NCBI GenBank assembly: GCA_039545335.1
Contig: BCIN01000008.1
Location: 507,528 to 571,527 of the forward strand
DNA from: Kondoa subrosea
Lineage: Eukaryota
DNA length: 64,000 nt
Direction of reading: 5' to 3'
This document shows positions 1 to 12,893 of the stretch, one piece after another (within the stretch, counting starts at the first letter, position 1; every line of letters starts with the position of its first letter). The notes beneath the pieces are model-generated. The model did not search any database and was not told the DNA's origin. It saw only the letters and a list, made by a program, of their open reading frames with translations. The translations under genes were made by a program, and so were the position numbers.

Positions 1-250
1 CTCACGACTCAAATAGAATAGCGAAGGTATCCTTTATTATATGCTCCCAGGTTAGTTGAACATCACTCTCGCCTACAAGGTCGCCTAAGCTGCTTTATTA
101 GCTAAATTGATTTGACCCACGGTTAGGACTTCGGATTAAGGACTGTAGCTATTCCTATTCCGTTTATGTCCTTCTTACGCTCTCTTCTTGTTCTGCTTCT
201 TTTCTCTCAACAGCATTGTCCTTCTTCTTCCTCTCTATTAAGTTTTGAAA

Positions 251-987
251 ATGCCACGGAACAAACAGAATATGACTCCGCGAGAAAGAGAGCAAGAAGA
301 AGCAATCTATGAAGAGCGCAAGGAAAAATATATCAAGAATCGAAAAGAGTTCGAGTGGCTTCAAGCTGAAGCTGATGCTTTGAAGCTCAGAGGACTCATT
401 GTTAGTGATTCGTGCCACCATAAGAGCAAGATCAACCGCTGAACTACAGTTCCTTTCTTTAGAACGAGGAAGAACGGAAAGAATGGGACCTCATTTGGGA
501 AGACTTGGATAAAAGATGCGAATGGTTGGACTGGTTCAAGGAAACATATCCCAAAAGTTCGGCCATTGAGTGGTTCAGCAAAGAGGAATGTGACAAAAGG
601 AGGAATGATCGAGCAAAAGCAGCATTGCAGAGATTTGACCGAAAAAAAGCCAAAGCTCAAGAGGAACGACTTGGAGCTCGTCAGAGCGCTCCCGCTCAGC
701 CTCATGACGACCAGTTCTCTCGTTTGGGGGCTCGGCTCAATCGTCCAACCCACGAATCACCTCCAGCAATGAACGGCGTTCCATTTGGACAAGCATCTTA
801 TCCGGGGTTTCCCGTACAAGCTGCACCTTATACACCTTATCCACCTCATCAGAGCTTTTACGTGCCAGCGTCTTACGCGGGCCCTTCCGTACAAGCGCCT
901 CATCCGAGCTATCCTCCGGGCTATCACGGACAAGCATCTCCTCAGGGCTACTACGGCCCCTACAATAGCTACGGAGGCCGAATGTGA
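251..987 (+). CDS. Hypothetical protein with charged helical N-terminus and Pro/Tyr/Gly-rich C-terminus
   Basis: ATG at 251. GT-AG intron 401-462 joins ORF 245..442 in frame to ORF 505..987. Confidence 0.6.
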
Positions 988-1037
988 TGAGGCTTGTCCC
1001 ATCGGGATACTAGCAATTGTAACTCACAGCCGTCCAA

Positions 1038-3252
1038 TCATGCATCGGCGATTCTTCTTTTCTGCTTCCTGACCGCTTCACGATGCCTGTGTATTCGCAG
1101 CATCAGCTCTCATCCATAGAGCTTGAGTTGCATCTCACCTTTTTCTGATCTGTTCGGTCAGTCTTCCCCGCCTTTCTATATGTCTCTCCTCCCGTTCTTG
1201 AGCACTACCTAGAGGTCTGAAGCGTTTTCCGCTCCCTGAGGTCCAGCTCCTAGCTTCCAATCTTGCTCTCTGCTCATCATCTAATGTTAGGCCCAACCGT
1301 TCTTCGTCTTCAGGTAGGAACAAAGGGAAAAAGAGCTGTTCATCTTGACCAAACATTGTCCCACGAGCGGAATCTTTCTGACTTGGTTGAACGATGTTTG
1401 CAGGTCGAGAAGGCCGAGCAGGCGCAACATAAGAAGGTTGTTCTTGTATTTCACCTGTAAAGGGATCTGTATCGAGATCAAATGGAGCCAAGGCATCGAA
1501 CAACGAGAAGCCCTCTGGTTGAATATTATCAGCGTATATATAAGCTGAAGTAGCAAAGATGATACCTTCAGCTTCTTGCGGCTTGAACATATCCTTCAAT
1601 TTGGTCATCTTGGTATCCGCTTGCGCTTCATCCATTTCAGTATCTTCTCCTGCTATCTCTTCTTCTAGTTCTTGCGCCTCTTCGATAAGCTCTGGCTCAT
1701 CAGTCTTTTCATCCTCTTCTTCAGCTGGAATGTAACGCTCAACAGCTTTCCAAGCAGTACTCTCCTGTTGCGAAATAGCAGAAGGTAAGATGATTTTCCT
1801 CTTCTTCGTTGGTACAGGTTGTTCTTCTTCTGCCATGGCAATATTCGGTTCTTTAGACTGGTTTTCAGCAACAGGTTCAACGATTTTGACTTTCTTTTCC
1901 TTTTTCTTCTTCTTTTGCGGCGGAGTCTCTTCGATGATAGTATCTGCACTGATTTGAGGTCTAGTTTCAGGCATAGGAAGAGCATCGACTTCTTCAGGCT
2001 CAGCAGGTTGGACAATGTCTTTGCGTTTCTTCTTCTTTGGCTGTTCTAATACAGGTTCGATCGTAGCTTCAGGTAGAGGATCATCCTTTTCCTGAGTCCC
2101 AGCTTCGGATTCAGCAGATACTTCTTTGGGTTTCTTCTTCTTTTCCTTTTTCTTTGATTTTTCCTTCATCGGTTCTGCAGCAGTTTCTTTCGTCTCTTCC
2201 GCCGCCGCCAGAGACTCAGGAGAAGTCAAATCGATAGCTATACTTTCTGCGGGAGCAGTAGGCCTTGCTTGACTTCCGAGCAAGCTATTGAGTAAAGCAA
2301 GTTGTGCATCTCTTTCAGTCGCAAGGGAAGTTTCGTCCAAAGAGTCTGTCAAAACCTTGACTTCCCCATCTGATAATATCTGATGTGAAACTTCTTCGGG
2401 ATCAGAACCAGAATCGGATTCTGACGAAGAAGGCGAAGGTGAAGGAGCTTTGAGCACATTTTTGGGTACTTTAGTAGGCTTCTTGCTTAGTTTCACAACA
2501 GCTTCTGAATCAGTCTTTGATAGGATAGCTTTCTCTCCTTTCAGATGAGTAGGTTGCCATTTGACTGGATCGATTTTGACTCTCTTCGCTCTTGAAGGAG
2601 GATTAGGTACAGCAGCAGGATCTCCATTTGTTTCCTTTGACTTCTTCTCTGCTTTACGTTTCTTGGATTTTGATTCAGAAGGTAAGTCAGGTAAAGGATG
2701 AGTAGGTCGAGTTGTGATTGGGAAAACGAGATGTTTCTTGTCTGCTGATTTACGCCAGCCCTAACAACACACATTCACTAGAATCAGACGAAGAGTCGCG
2801 GAAGTGTACTATGGACAAGAACATACAGGTAAACCTTCAACATTCTTCTCTGTTACTAGTTCTTGATTCGGTCCTTCCTTGCCATCAATTCCCTTGAGCT
2901 CTCGCTTCCTCTTCTTCTTATCTTTAGTTTTTGGTTGTTCTACTAAAGCAGCAGCTCTCTCTTTAGCCATCCTAACTTGATAATCTGGTTTTGCGAGCTG
3001 AATACTGAAATGACTTCCTTTCCAAGTAGAATGGTTTAATAGAGCGATACACTTGTTGAGTTTAGCAAGATCGGTTGTCAAGGTAATATAAGACCAGCGT
3101 GATGGATCTCCGTTACCGTCCAAAGCGTTCAAACGATCAATTTTTGTAACTTGTCCAAAGGAAGAGAAACGAGCTGCTAGTTGAGCTTCAGTTATTCCAG
3201 TAGGATGGCCTGATATATGTAAGCGGTATGTTTCAAGTGTGGGTATACTCAT
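1038..3252 (-). CDS. RRM-containing nucleolar protein (NOL8/Nop8-like)
   Basis: N-terminal RRM (RLHISGHPTGITEAQLAARFSSFG...LNHSTWKGSHFSIQLAKPDY) and long Lys/Glu-rich region in ORF 1135..2496. Spliced last exon ends RHREAVRKQKRRIADA*. Confidence 0.75.
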
Positions 3253-3467
3253 GCGCGCTACAACGCGGTGCGGAAGCAACCATTTATCTTTTTACTATCA
3301 GGTTATGTTTATGAGGCAATGTTTGAACGAGACGGATGAGACAAGTGTCAAGAAACAAGAGCTTTGCTGAATGCCGTGTATTGTTACATAAAACAGAGGA
3401 CTATAGAATGAGCACAAATATCCAACGGAACTGCCTGCATAGTCTCGTAACCACTTGATGATTCCGC

Positions 3468-5787
3468 CTAAAGCGAGTTGTCCTTGCAAGTGAAGACAGA
3501 AAGAGTGCCCGAATAGTCGAGCTTGATCTGTACGAGAATGTCAAAGTTAGAAACGAGCTGTGACAAAATCAACGGAATGGGACATACAGCTTCAATGGAA
3601 GTCCAAAGACCAGGACTAGTAGCATGTCATAAGCTTCACAGTGATTGTAAGCAACTGCGAGATACTCACCCAAGCATCATCAAACCAAGACCAAAGATGA
3701 AGATATTCAAGATAGTCATCAAAGTCCACTTGAAGTTCTTGAAGAGTCGATGCTTGTTCATGGCATAATAGGCCACAGACCTACACGACAGACGTCAGGA
3801 CTACTGATCTTTGGCTGAAAAAATATGTTCGACGCACCAAAGAATGAAACCGAACCACGAATCGAAAGCAGCAGACCTTCGAATACAAAATCAGTCAGAT
3901 GACAAGTGGAGAGTAAGAGAAACTCACATGATACCCAAGAAGTCACCCATTGAAGGAATAGCTTCACCCAAAACGAAAGCCACAGCCCAAATAAATACAG
4001 TGATACCAATCCATACACTCCAACCCGCTAATGTATTAGAATGAGCATGTCTAGATTTGCCCATGATGCGTAAATAGATGAATTTGGCCGCTACGTTGGA
4101 ATAGATTGCGCCAATGATAAGTGTAGGAACGAGAACGAAAGCGAAGGAAGATTTGCGCATCCAAGCATGTTCTAATCAAAAAACCATGTAAGAATGAATG
4201 TAGGGAGAAGGTTTTGGATAACGTACGAAGACTTCCAACAAGAGGAGCGGTAGCATATTGACCGGTAAAGTAATAACCGACTACTGCTACAGTAGTGAAC
4301 AGACAGAATTGAGCGATAGTGAGTGCTGCCAAAGCTTTAGGGAAATCTTGTGGTCGTTCCATTTCGGCAATGAAAGAAGGATAGAGAACTTGACCAATCC
4401 AAAGGAAAGTGCTGTATCCATTCCATCAAATTCGACTCATCTCCGATCATCATGTTATCACTTACATGTTCAATACAGCGTTGAAGGCGTTAACGAAACC
4501 AGGCTTGCCATCAGGAGAAGCGGTAGTGTAGACCTCAACACCTTTCTTTGGCCATGATCCACCATAGCCTGATGAGTATTTCAGTTTCTGATTTCAAAGC
4601 AAAGCACTGGCAACTAACCGAACCCTGGGTGATCTTCGATACCGACGTAGATCATAACCAACAAAAGGGAGATTGCCATGGCGATAGCCGAAGCGATGGA
4701 CATGGTTGCTACATTGTTGAGTGTTCGAGGCAAACTGACGATAATACCCATAATTGCTGTAATGACGGAGAAGACGACAGTGCACTGGGAGTGCTCAGAT
4801 AGAGTGTTGAGAATTTTACTGATGTGTGCCGAATTAGGTCAGAATCGCATAGCTAGATTTGCAACACTCACGATCCGGTCAACACGTGGAAACTATAGCA
4901 AAAACATCATCAAAGGAGACACGAAGAACGAATTTGTCTTAGACATACCCCATCAAGAAGATGTTGTTGAGTAGCAACATAATGGCAGTAACTTCGTAAG
5001 CTACTTGGGTGGTCAGTTTTCGCTCGCGACCTGAACTTGAGTACTACACACCGATCTTGCCCCAAGTACCAGCACCTAACAGATGGAATGCAATGTCACA
5101 GATGTTGTGAATAGATCCAGGCTACAAAATGAAGTGCGATGAGCCAAAGATGTCCGCTACTTCCACAGCCATGTGACATACGTTCTTCATAATGTATTGC
5201 CATTGAATATAAGACGTATACCAGGTGAGAAGCTAGAATAGTTCCTTTCAGCTGCTGAAGAACTCTTCGGGAAGCGATCTTACACCCAAACCAAGTGTGA
5301 CTGTACCTCCGGAATCAAGCAAAGTTCTTCGACTAGAATCATTTGAAGCTTACCCAAAATACCAGCTGTCCATCCGAGAACGGAGTACGACCAGGATAAA
5401 GCGACTGAGAGACATAAGAGACTCAGTCATGGGGGAGTCGGGAAACAAAAGATGCGGGAACTCACGAATGGCCAGACAAACATATCTGTTTGTAATATAT
5501 TGGTATAACGATACCCTCAGAGGGATATAAGAGATTCAAACTGACTCTCCGAACAAAAGCAGAGCAGTTTTCTTCCAGGACATGGTTCTGAACTTGATCT
5601 CATTGTTGGCTTCCTCTTCGACCAGTGATGCCCAAACGTCGGCTTGTGAGTCTTTACCAACCCCTTCTAAATCGTTTTTCGCATAAACTCGATCTTCAGG
5701 AGATTGATGTAGTTCTTTCTCAGACTTCTTGTCATAGCCTGGTAGCCCTGTTCCTACACCGGTATCGTAATTTCCAACTGGGTTCAT
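3468..5787 (-). CDS. Neutral amino acid permease (AAAP/Mtr family)
   Basis: Exons encode IKFRTMSWKKTALLLFGE, EMERPQDFPKAL, LGEAIPSMGDFLG and terminal FTCKDNSL*. Many hydrophobic segments and many introns. Confidence 0.9.
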
Positions 5788-5877
5788 CTGGTTGCTTTGT
5801 TGATATTAAGGTGATAAGGTTTGGAAAGAGAGAGCGGGAAAGAGAATTTCACAATCTCAAAAACACATCGAGAAATC

Positions 5878-5887
5878 TATATATAAA
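5878..5887 (-). promoter_or_regulatory. TATA-like element upstream of amino acid permease
   Basis: TATATATAAA (+ strand) lies about 90 nt upstream of the minus-strand ATG at 5787. Confidence 0.4.
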
Positions 5888-6496
5888 TGTCCCGAATTTC
5901 TCCACAAGCAGTGGGCAATGCCGGATTATTGGCAGGGCTTGGCCAGGGCTCGTAGACCCCTTTGTGCAAGCAATGACGATGAGCAGATAGAGTCAGTCCG
6001 GCCCGCGGGAACAGCATGGAGTCAAGATGAGGCGCAGAATCGAAAAGAAATTATGCGCAGTACAGCAAGCGCGATTGATCATCAGTCATTTCTTGATACA
6101 CCCGCGAGCATTGGTCTTGTCGTCTTCTGTGGCAAGTCATGACTAGACTACAAGAAGAATCCCGGGTCAGCGACAGCCTGCTCTGTCGAGGTCGTTGCTC
6201 TCAAAAACCTTGCTGCTCACCTCTGCTTCTCTTCTTTCAACTTTCACCCTCTTCCGTGCACGTTCGCCTTGGCTTTATACTTACGGACGTACCGCGCTAA
6301 TACTACTGTTTTGTAATCTGTCGTCCGGAAAAGCTGCGTACGCGTGCAAGTCGCTTAATAACACGGATTCAAGGCATCCTGACTTCGGCCGCACCTTGCT
6401 ACATAAGCTTCACCTTTCTGCTATTTCTCTTCTGCTCCTTCTTTCACGCACATCTCTCAGTCCGCGTTGTTCAGCTAAGCAACATCGAGATACAAC

Positions 6497-6981
6497 ATGT
6501 CACCATTACGCAAATGTCTTCTTCTCGGTTTGCCAGGCGATCATCCTCTCGTAGTAGGACGCATTGATCCTAAGATGCTCATGTCAATGTTGAATGCATC
6601 AAAAGAAGAAGGGTTGAAGCAAGGCTTGGATTTGGATTTAGGGTTGATCTGGCCAGAGAAAGATGGGCTGGAAGTAACAAAGAGGATGTTGGCGGAGAAC
6701 AAGTATGAAGCTTGTGTTATCGGCTTTGGTGAGTCTTCTTCTTCTTGTTCTGCTTCCTGTTAGTACTTGCTGATATCCTTTGTGATCAGGTATTCGCGCT
6801 TCACCGCAGTTGACGGAATACTTTGAAGCTGCTGTAGAAGGTTTGCTGGCATCTGTTGCTGTAAAGACTGCCTAGCTGATCTTCTTATGTAGCTTGTGTC
6901 GAGGCCAATGTCAAGCTATGCTTCAACTCGACGCCGGATACAACGCTGGCTGCTCTCAAGAGGATTCTCAAAATGCAATAG
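6497..6981 (+). CDS. Small (~120 aa) alpha/beta protein of unknown function
   Basis: Three exons: ...YEACVIGFG|IRASPQLTEYFEAAVE|ACVEANVKLCFNSTPDTTLAALKRILKMQ*, with canonical GT-AG introns. Confidence 0.75.
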
Positions 6982-7108
6982 GCGAAACAGTACGGGCACT
7001 CCTGTAATACCTCGTATGGCTACCAATGTACTGCTTATCACCTGAGATATGCTCGTTGTCCTGATTGTGAAATCTTTCACTCGCGTTGACCTGGAACAAC
7101 AATGCAGC

Positions 7109-8884
7109 ATGAACTGCGAGCTGCCTGGCTACAACTTGAAAGGTTAGCCAAATAGACAGCACAACTACACGTTCCAATATCCTTTCTTCCCCTGCAACAT
7201 CAGTCTTTCACAAATCCATTCAAGCATTGTCGAAAATCGGTGACGAGCTATCTTTCAGCGCTACTTCCGCTTCTGTGCGTGTCCTCTCGTGCTGTATCCA
7301 TCCCTTTTATGCTATCTTACCAATTCCTGCCTCCGTTCAGCAGCTCAAAATCTCTTCCACTTCTGCCTCGCGTTCTGCATTTGGTTTATGTACTTTCGAC
7401 AAAGGCTTCTTCACCCGGTTTCGAGTTACCCTAACAGAAGATAGACCTGCTGTAGATATTCAATTAGCTGCAAGGGTGCGCGAGATCTCTAGCGGGGTCA
7501 TATACTGGGCACAGCTCAAAATATCAGACAGGCTTTTCTAGCTATCCTTAAGAAATCCTCTGGCTCTTCTGTGGAGAGCGTTTCTATCACTATAGTAGAT
7601 GAAGATATTCAAGCTGCAGTAGATGCACAAGATGATAACCCTGAAGGTGGAAGTCGATTGATTGTTAAGCTGTTTTGCAAGCATGGTCTGCTTTTCATTT
7701 TCATATGAACGAGATCAATGCTAATTGAATTAAACATGCAGGCGTGATCAAGACTCATAGATTGACTTTCTCGCCCGACCAACATTTGGTAGCTTTGGCA
7801 AGTCGTGAGGCTTGCACAAGCAAATGGACTGCTAGTCCTACTGTTCTAAAACAATGGATGGTCTGTCATCTGACCTTGCTCTGACTTAAAACTGATCAAT
7901 GCTTACAGGAACACTTCTATGGAACTCGAACAGGAGGAACAGAGGAAGTGACTTTTCACTGCACACCTTCGAAATGCAACATCAAGTCATACGAATCACC
8001 GGATGCAACGGCACAGATGGATAAGAGTGTGTCTTCAGCAGTAATTCTTACCAGAGCTGACGCATTCTTGCAGATGCACTTGCTTCTCGACCTATCACTA
8101 CGTTTCTCACAGTTGCTATAGAAGACTTCGACGTCTATCAAATCAAACAAGAAGAACTCATCACCTTCGCTTTGAAGGAGTTCAAAGCTATCATTCAATT
8201 TGCGGAAGGCATCAAATCACCTTTGGAGGCAGCTTTCGCTTCAGGCGGACCGTGAGTGCACCCTCCTTCAAATAAAGTAATTCAGAAGCTCAAATTATTG
8301 GCAGACCACTCCTTATTACCATTCGAACTGAATCTTGCGTTGCTGATTTCGTAATTGCTACAACAAGCGAAGATCCAGCTAAAATCAAAGAAGAGAAACC
8401 TCAAATTCGATCAAAGAAGAAGACTACTGCACCTCTTCCCTCTCAACAACCACAATCCAGACAATCCACTCTTGCACCTCCAGCGCAAAGAAGTCAAACC
8501 CCTTTATTCCGTGAACCTACACCTGCGTTGAGGAGCACTCAACCGCCTCTCTTTAGGCAGCCTACCCCTAGTCAAATGAATGACGATTTACCTGCTTTAG
8601 CTGATCTACCTCCAATCGGTGGGAAAGGGCAAGAAGAGGATGATGAATTTGGTGAAACAGTCATTCCTGATTCGGAAATGGATGCAGCTTGGGATTTGGC
8701 TATGTCTCAATTACCTCCAGCTTCTTCTGCTGCCATGCCTCCTCTTCCAGAAAGAGTTGATTCGGTTCCACCTAATCCAGTTATTACTACTATTGTCGAT
8801 GATGCAGATACAGAAGAAGAAGAGGAAGAGCAGCTAGATGCAGCTAGAACAAGGAAGAAAGCTAGATGGCAGTTGTTTTCGTAG
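7109..8884 (+). CDS. RAD9: Checkpoint clamp subunit Rad9 (9-1-1 complex)
   Basis: FHKSIQALSKIGDEL, SSTSASRSAF, KLFCKHGVIKTHRL and TFALKEFKAII motifs, plus a disordered acidic C-tail. Confidence 0.88.
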
Positions 8885-8914
8885 CAAATTGGCACGTAGG
8901 CACATGAAAGCAAA

Positions 8915-8952
8915 AAATCTTAGATCCTAACTGAAATCTTAGATCCTAACTG
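8915..8952. repeat. Perfect 19-bp tandem duplication (AAATCTTAGATCCTAACTG x2)
   Basis: Read directly at 8915-8933 and 8934-8952. Confidence 0.9.
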
Positions 8953-9067
8953 TACCAAATTCGTGTTTACATGTGAGAGCAGGACGGATGTACGAATGCC
9001 ATTGATTTTCGAGTAGAACAGTCTAATAAACTTGCATAGCTAATACAACCTCTAGCACTTGCATCCT

Positions 9068-10462
9068 TCACTTTGCTGCTGCGATTGTCATATCTGAAAG
9101 ACGAGCGAATCGCTTGACATTGTCAGCCTCTTCTAGTACACCTGATGTGACGCAGGAGAAAGTAATGTCACGTTCCGGATCGATCCACACTACGAGACGA
9201 TATGCCTTTGAGTAAAGGATAGAGATAGTGATGAAGAGATGACATACTGAGTGTACTTCCAGCTCCGTAATTACCAAAAGTACGAGGACTGGTCAAAGAA
9301 CCAAAGAATGTTGGATGAGTGCCGGTTCCAGATAGAGCAAAACCAAGACCGAGATTGGCTGGTGGTATTTGCCAATTCTTCATCACAGAAATGCGAGCAT
9401 ACAGATTGTTTGGAGATGTACCGGTTGTTAGAGTAGTCGCCAGATCAATCATGGCTGGTGAAAGAATCCGCTTGCCGTCCAATTCGCCCTTTCTTCGAAG
9501 CATTTCTGCAAAGCGAGAAATATCACGAGCTGTGCTGACGCCTCCGACCCAAGGCATCTCTAAGTAGCAGGATTCAGATCTAAATTGCGCCTATATGCAA
9601 GGAAGGAAACTCACCAGCTCCTTCAATAACAATTTCTTGCATGACTTCCAGATCTCTTCCAGTGAACCATCCTCCAGGCTGAATGAAGAGTAAGTGACGG
9701 AAGAAGTCGATAACGTAAGAGCGGATACTCACTTTGAAGTTTGCCACGATCGGCACCATGCGATCCTTGAACTCTGCAGGAGCACCGATTCGTGTAGATG
9801 TCATGCCCAAAGGCTCGAAGATCTCTCTGTTGACTAATTCTGTGTAAGATTTCGCGCCAGTCGCTCTTCGAACCATTTCTCCCATCAATGCGTGGTTCAA
9901 AGTAGGACTGTAGTCGACCTCTCCGCCTAGAGAAATAGCAAAGAATGAGGTTATGGCGCGAATTATGTTGCGGTTTCAGCGTACCAGGTGTGCCAATTAC
10001 ATCCATCTTACAGATAGCCTTGATGACATTGCTCAAGTTGCCGAGCTCTTCGTAAGGCAGAGGTGTGGGTGTATTTGAGAGACCGGCACGGTGCGAAAGA
10101 AGATGGACAAGACTGATTTGCTCCTTCTTCGCCTGTCTGAAGCGGTCTTCGCCAATGAATTCTGGAATCCAATCAACAACGCGATCCATAAATGACATTT
10201 GACCACGTTCGACAGCTTGAAGCACAAGAGTATGAGTGAAGGCTTTTGTAAGAGAGAAGAGCCAGTAGACATCGTCAGGAGCCGTCTTGCGTTGGCTCTC
10301 CCTGTGAGCATAGCCTAGCGAAACATCCATGGCAACCTTTCCTCCTCTTGATACCACCAAGTTGGCTCCATCGTAAAGACCATCCTTGATATCCTTTTCT
10401 ATAGACGCTTGAAGACGCTTGAGTGCAGCAGCATCAAATCCAGTATGGGTCTCGTCGATCAT
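9068..10462 (-). CDS. Serine hydrolase, beta-lactamase/EstB-like family (copy 1)
   Basis: SxxK motif FSLTK, LLSHRAGL, Tyr motif DYSP, EIFEPLGM, and FGNYGAGSTLMWIDPERD after splicing. Confidence 0.93.
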
Positions 10463-10739
10463 GATAACTATTTCCGCCAAATCAGAAACGAGCCACTTCG
10501 CTGCCAGTGCACGCACCTCGTAATTGGTATGATAGGTTGAGGTAGCGTTAATGTAATAGACTATACTGGCCGTGAGCTCGCAGGACAATGCCAGCTTCTC
10601 CGCCGACCCCTCACATAACGCTTAAGAGTAATCACGGAATGCGACCGAGACGCGTGTAACCCCGCATGTTGCGGCATCGGTAATTATTGTAAACTTGTAC
10701 GAATCCTTTGCAGCCTCACAGAGAAGTTCACAATACTAG
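10463..10739. promoter_or_regulatory. Divergent promoter hydrolase/SDR-A with GTGTAACCCCGC (SYGGRG-type site) at 10654-10665
   Basis: 277-bp head-to-head gap. The motif is the reverse complement of GCGGGGTTACAC at 14339-14350, and its core is conserved in copy 2. Confidence 0.6.
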
Positions 10740-12045
10740 ATGGTTGAACACGATACTTTCGTCAATGGCTTTGCGGATGGGCAAAAGAAGAACACGCCTG
10801 GCGATGAAGCTCAATTGCGTGGGGATGTCTATGATCTCATGTAAATGCGTCGTATTGCAGGTCTCTACAGATCATGTACTAACCTGTTCTCGTTCAGCGA
10901 TCCTTTGCAATTTAAGGGCAAATGGACAAATCGAGTTGTTTGCATTACTGGATCAGCTGGAACCATAGGAACTGCAATCAGCAAGGCGTTTGCAGTAACT
11001 GGAGCCAAGTTGGCGTTATGTGATATGCGAGAAGACGATTTGAAACCAACTGTTGAAGCTTGTCGAAGTAACGGTGCAAGCCAAATCCTGACTTCAAGAT
11101 GCGATCAGACCAAGTTCGAGGACTGCAAGGCGTTCGTGGAAAAGGTTGAATCAGAGCTCGGGCCAATTCACACTTTTGTCAACTGCGCTGGTATCAGTCA
11201 TGCTGCTTTGGTGCGTGATTATGCAGCAGCAATATTTTGTCTGTATTGATGCTTTTGTGCTATAGTTTCGCGATGGGGAAGTGAAAGACTTTGAGCGTAT
11301 TATGGCCATCAACTTCAATGGCCCCATGGTTTGTTCTTCCGCTAGTCTTGATCTTATTCGAGCTGACGTTGAGCATAAAGTATTTCAACTCTTTGATCCA
11401 ACCTCTATTCCACAAACGTAAAGAAGGCTACTCAATCAATCTTGCTTCTCGATCCGGAACCATCGATTATCCTTTTACAGTTGCGTACAACGTCAGCAAA
11501 TGTGCAGTGATCCGTATGGTCGGTTGTATTCAGGAAGAAATCGACAAGAATGAAGGCATGGAGAACAACTTCTGTATCGCGCTGCATCCCGGAGGGGTAG
11601 TTTCAAATATGTCTCAGCAAAAAGGTCAAAAGGAGCCAACGAGTTTATTGAAGGCTCATCCGGAGCAGAGGGACTTTATGAGTCATGCCATTGTATGTCA
11701 GCAAAGATCTTCTCTGACATTGTCTGATTGCGTCTCTTGATAGAAACACTTCAAGACTTCGGCAAATGTATGCGCTTCTACTTGCGTCTTCTTATCCAGC
11801 GGAGCTACCAATGACTTCTTGGTTAGTTGCTTTACACAATATGATGTCGTCAAGCTGATTTTCATGAACAGAGAGGGCGATATCTGGATGTGGAAGAAGA
11901 TCTTGGCGATTTGATGAGACAGAAGGACATCATTCTCAAGAACGATCTTTACAAGCTGACAGTAGACTTCGTTGGAGGTCGTCCGAATGATGGAGGAATG
12001 TATTTGAGGGATCACCAGCCTGCTTTCAAGAGCAAGTTTGCTTGA
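10740..12045 (+). CDS. Short-chain dehydrogenase/reductase SDR-A (copy 1)
   Basis: ITGSAGTIG Rossmann motif, Asp at the end of beta2 (ALCD), VNCAG, catalytic YNVSK and LHPGGV. Ends KSKFA*. Confidence 0.92.
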
Positions 12046-12893
12046 GATGCATTTCGAGATTTGGGTAGGGTTCAAACATTGTATGATCAGCCTCATGAAG
12101 TGAACAGAACGATCCAGTCTGTTGCTACATATTTCCTGAATTTGAGAGTATAACGAGCGCAGCATAAGAGCAGAGATCCAAGACAATTAAAGAAGTCCAT
12201 TTGCAAAGAGAGCTCGCGAATCAGTCACTCAAGACACAGAACAGGCGTAGGTCCTGGAAGAATCACAGAAAATACAACGCGTCTGACAGAGTACTCTTTT
12301 TGCACGGCACGCAGGAGCAGAAGCCCAATTCGACAGCATATTCATTCACGTTGACTTCTAGTTTCGTTCAAGTCAGCAACATTGGGTCATAGCGCGACAG
12401 GGTAGCGTCCATCTTGGCAGGTATCTTGAGCCTGGTATGCTTGCTGAAGCTCGTGGCCAGGAGTAAGCCTGTTTAGAAAATGTGATTGAATCTCATCTGC
12501 ACACAACGCCTCGAGATTGCTGCTTTTATCTCCTCTGCCTGATCTGACCTTCTCTTGGTTGACTATGCTTTGCTCTGAGGCTCTCAACGAGTGAGTGTCA
12601 AGTTGGATTCTTGGAGATTACTACATATATCGCTCGCCTTCAGGGTCAATGAAGGAGCTCGGTACCGATCCAGCAATTAGTCTGTACTTCCTATGTGGTT
12701 ATTCGTGAGATAAGATGCAATCAACGGCCTGCAATCGCATTATGATGTTCTGCGTCGAGCCTTTGTCTCGCATAGATACTGCCGAACACCAGCTGGCGTT
12801 GCTGAATAAGGTTGAGCAGCTTCTCTCAATATCAGGAATTCATACAGAGAAGAGTACATTGTGTCATTTAAATACCGCTATAATGTAGTACAT

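Noticed and set aside
48..140. Telomere-like GGTTAG words near the window start
   Set aside because: They are isolated words, not a tandem array.
9068..10462. Calling the hydrolase an antibiotic-resistance beta-lactamase
   Set aside because: Family membership does not give the substrate. It lacks the KTG motif and a signal peptide, and many members are esterases or amidases.
12046..12600. Hidden protein-coding gene in the conserved spacer between the SDRs (ORFs 12387..12587, 11698..12186, 61261..61662)
   Set aside because: Frameshifting indels and a stop (TGA versus TGG) differ between the copies, so no frame is preserved.
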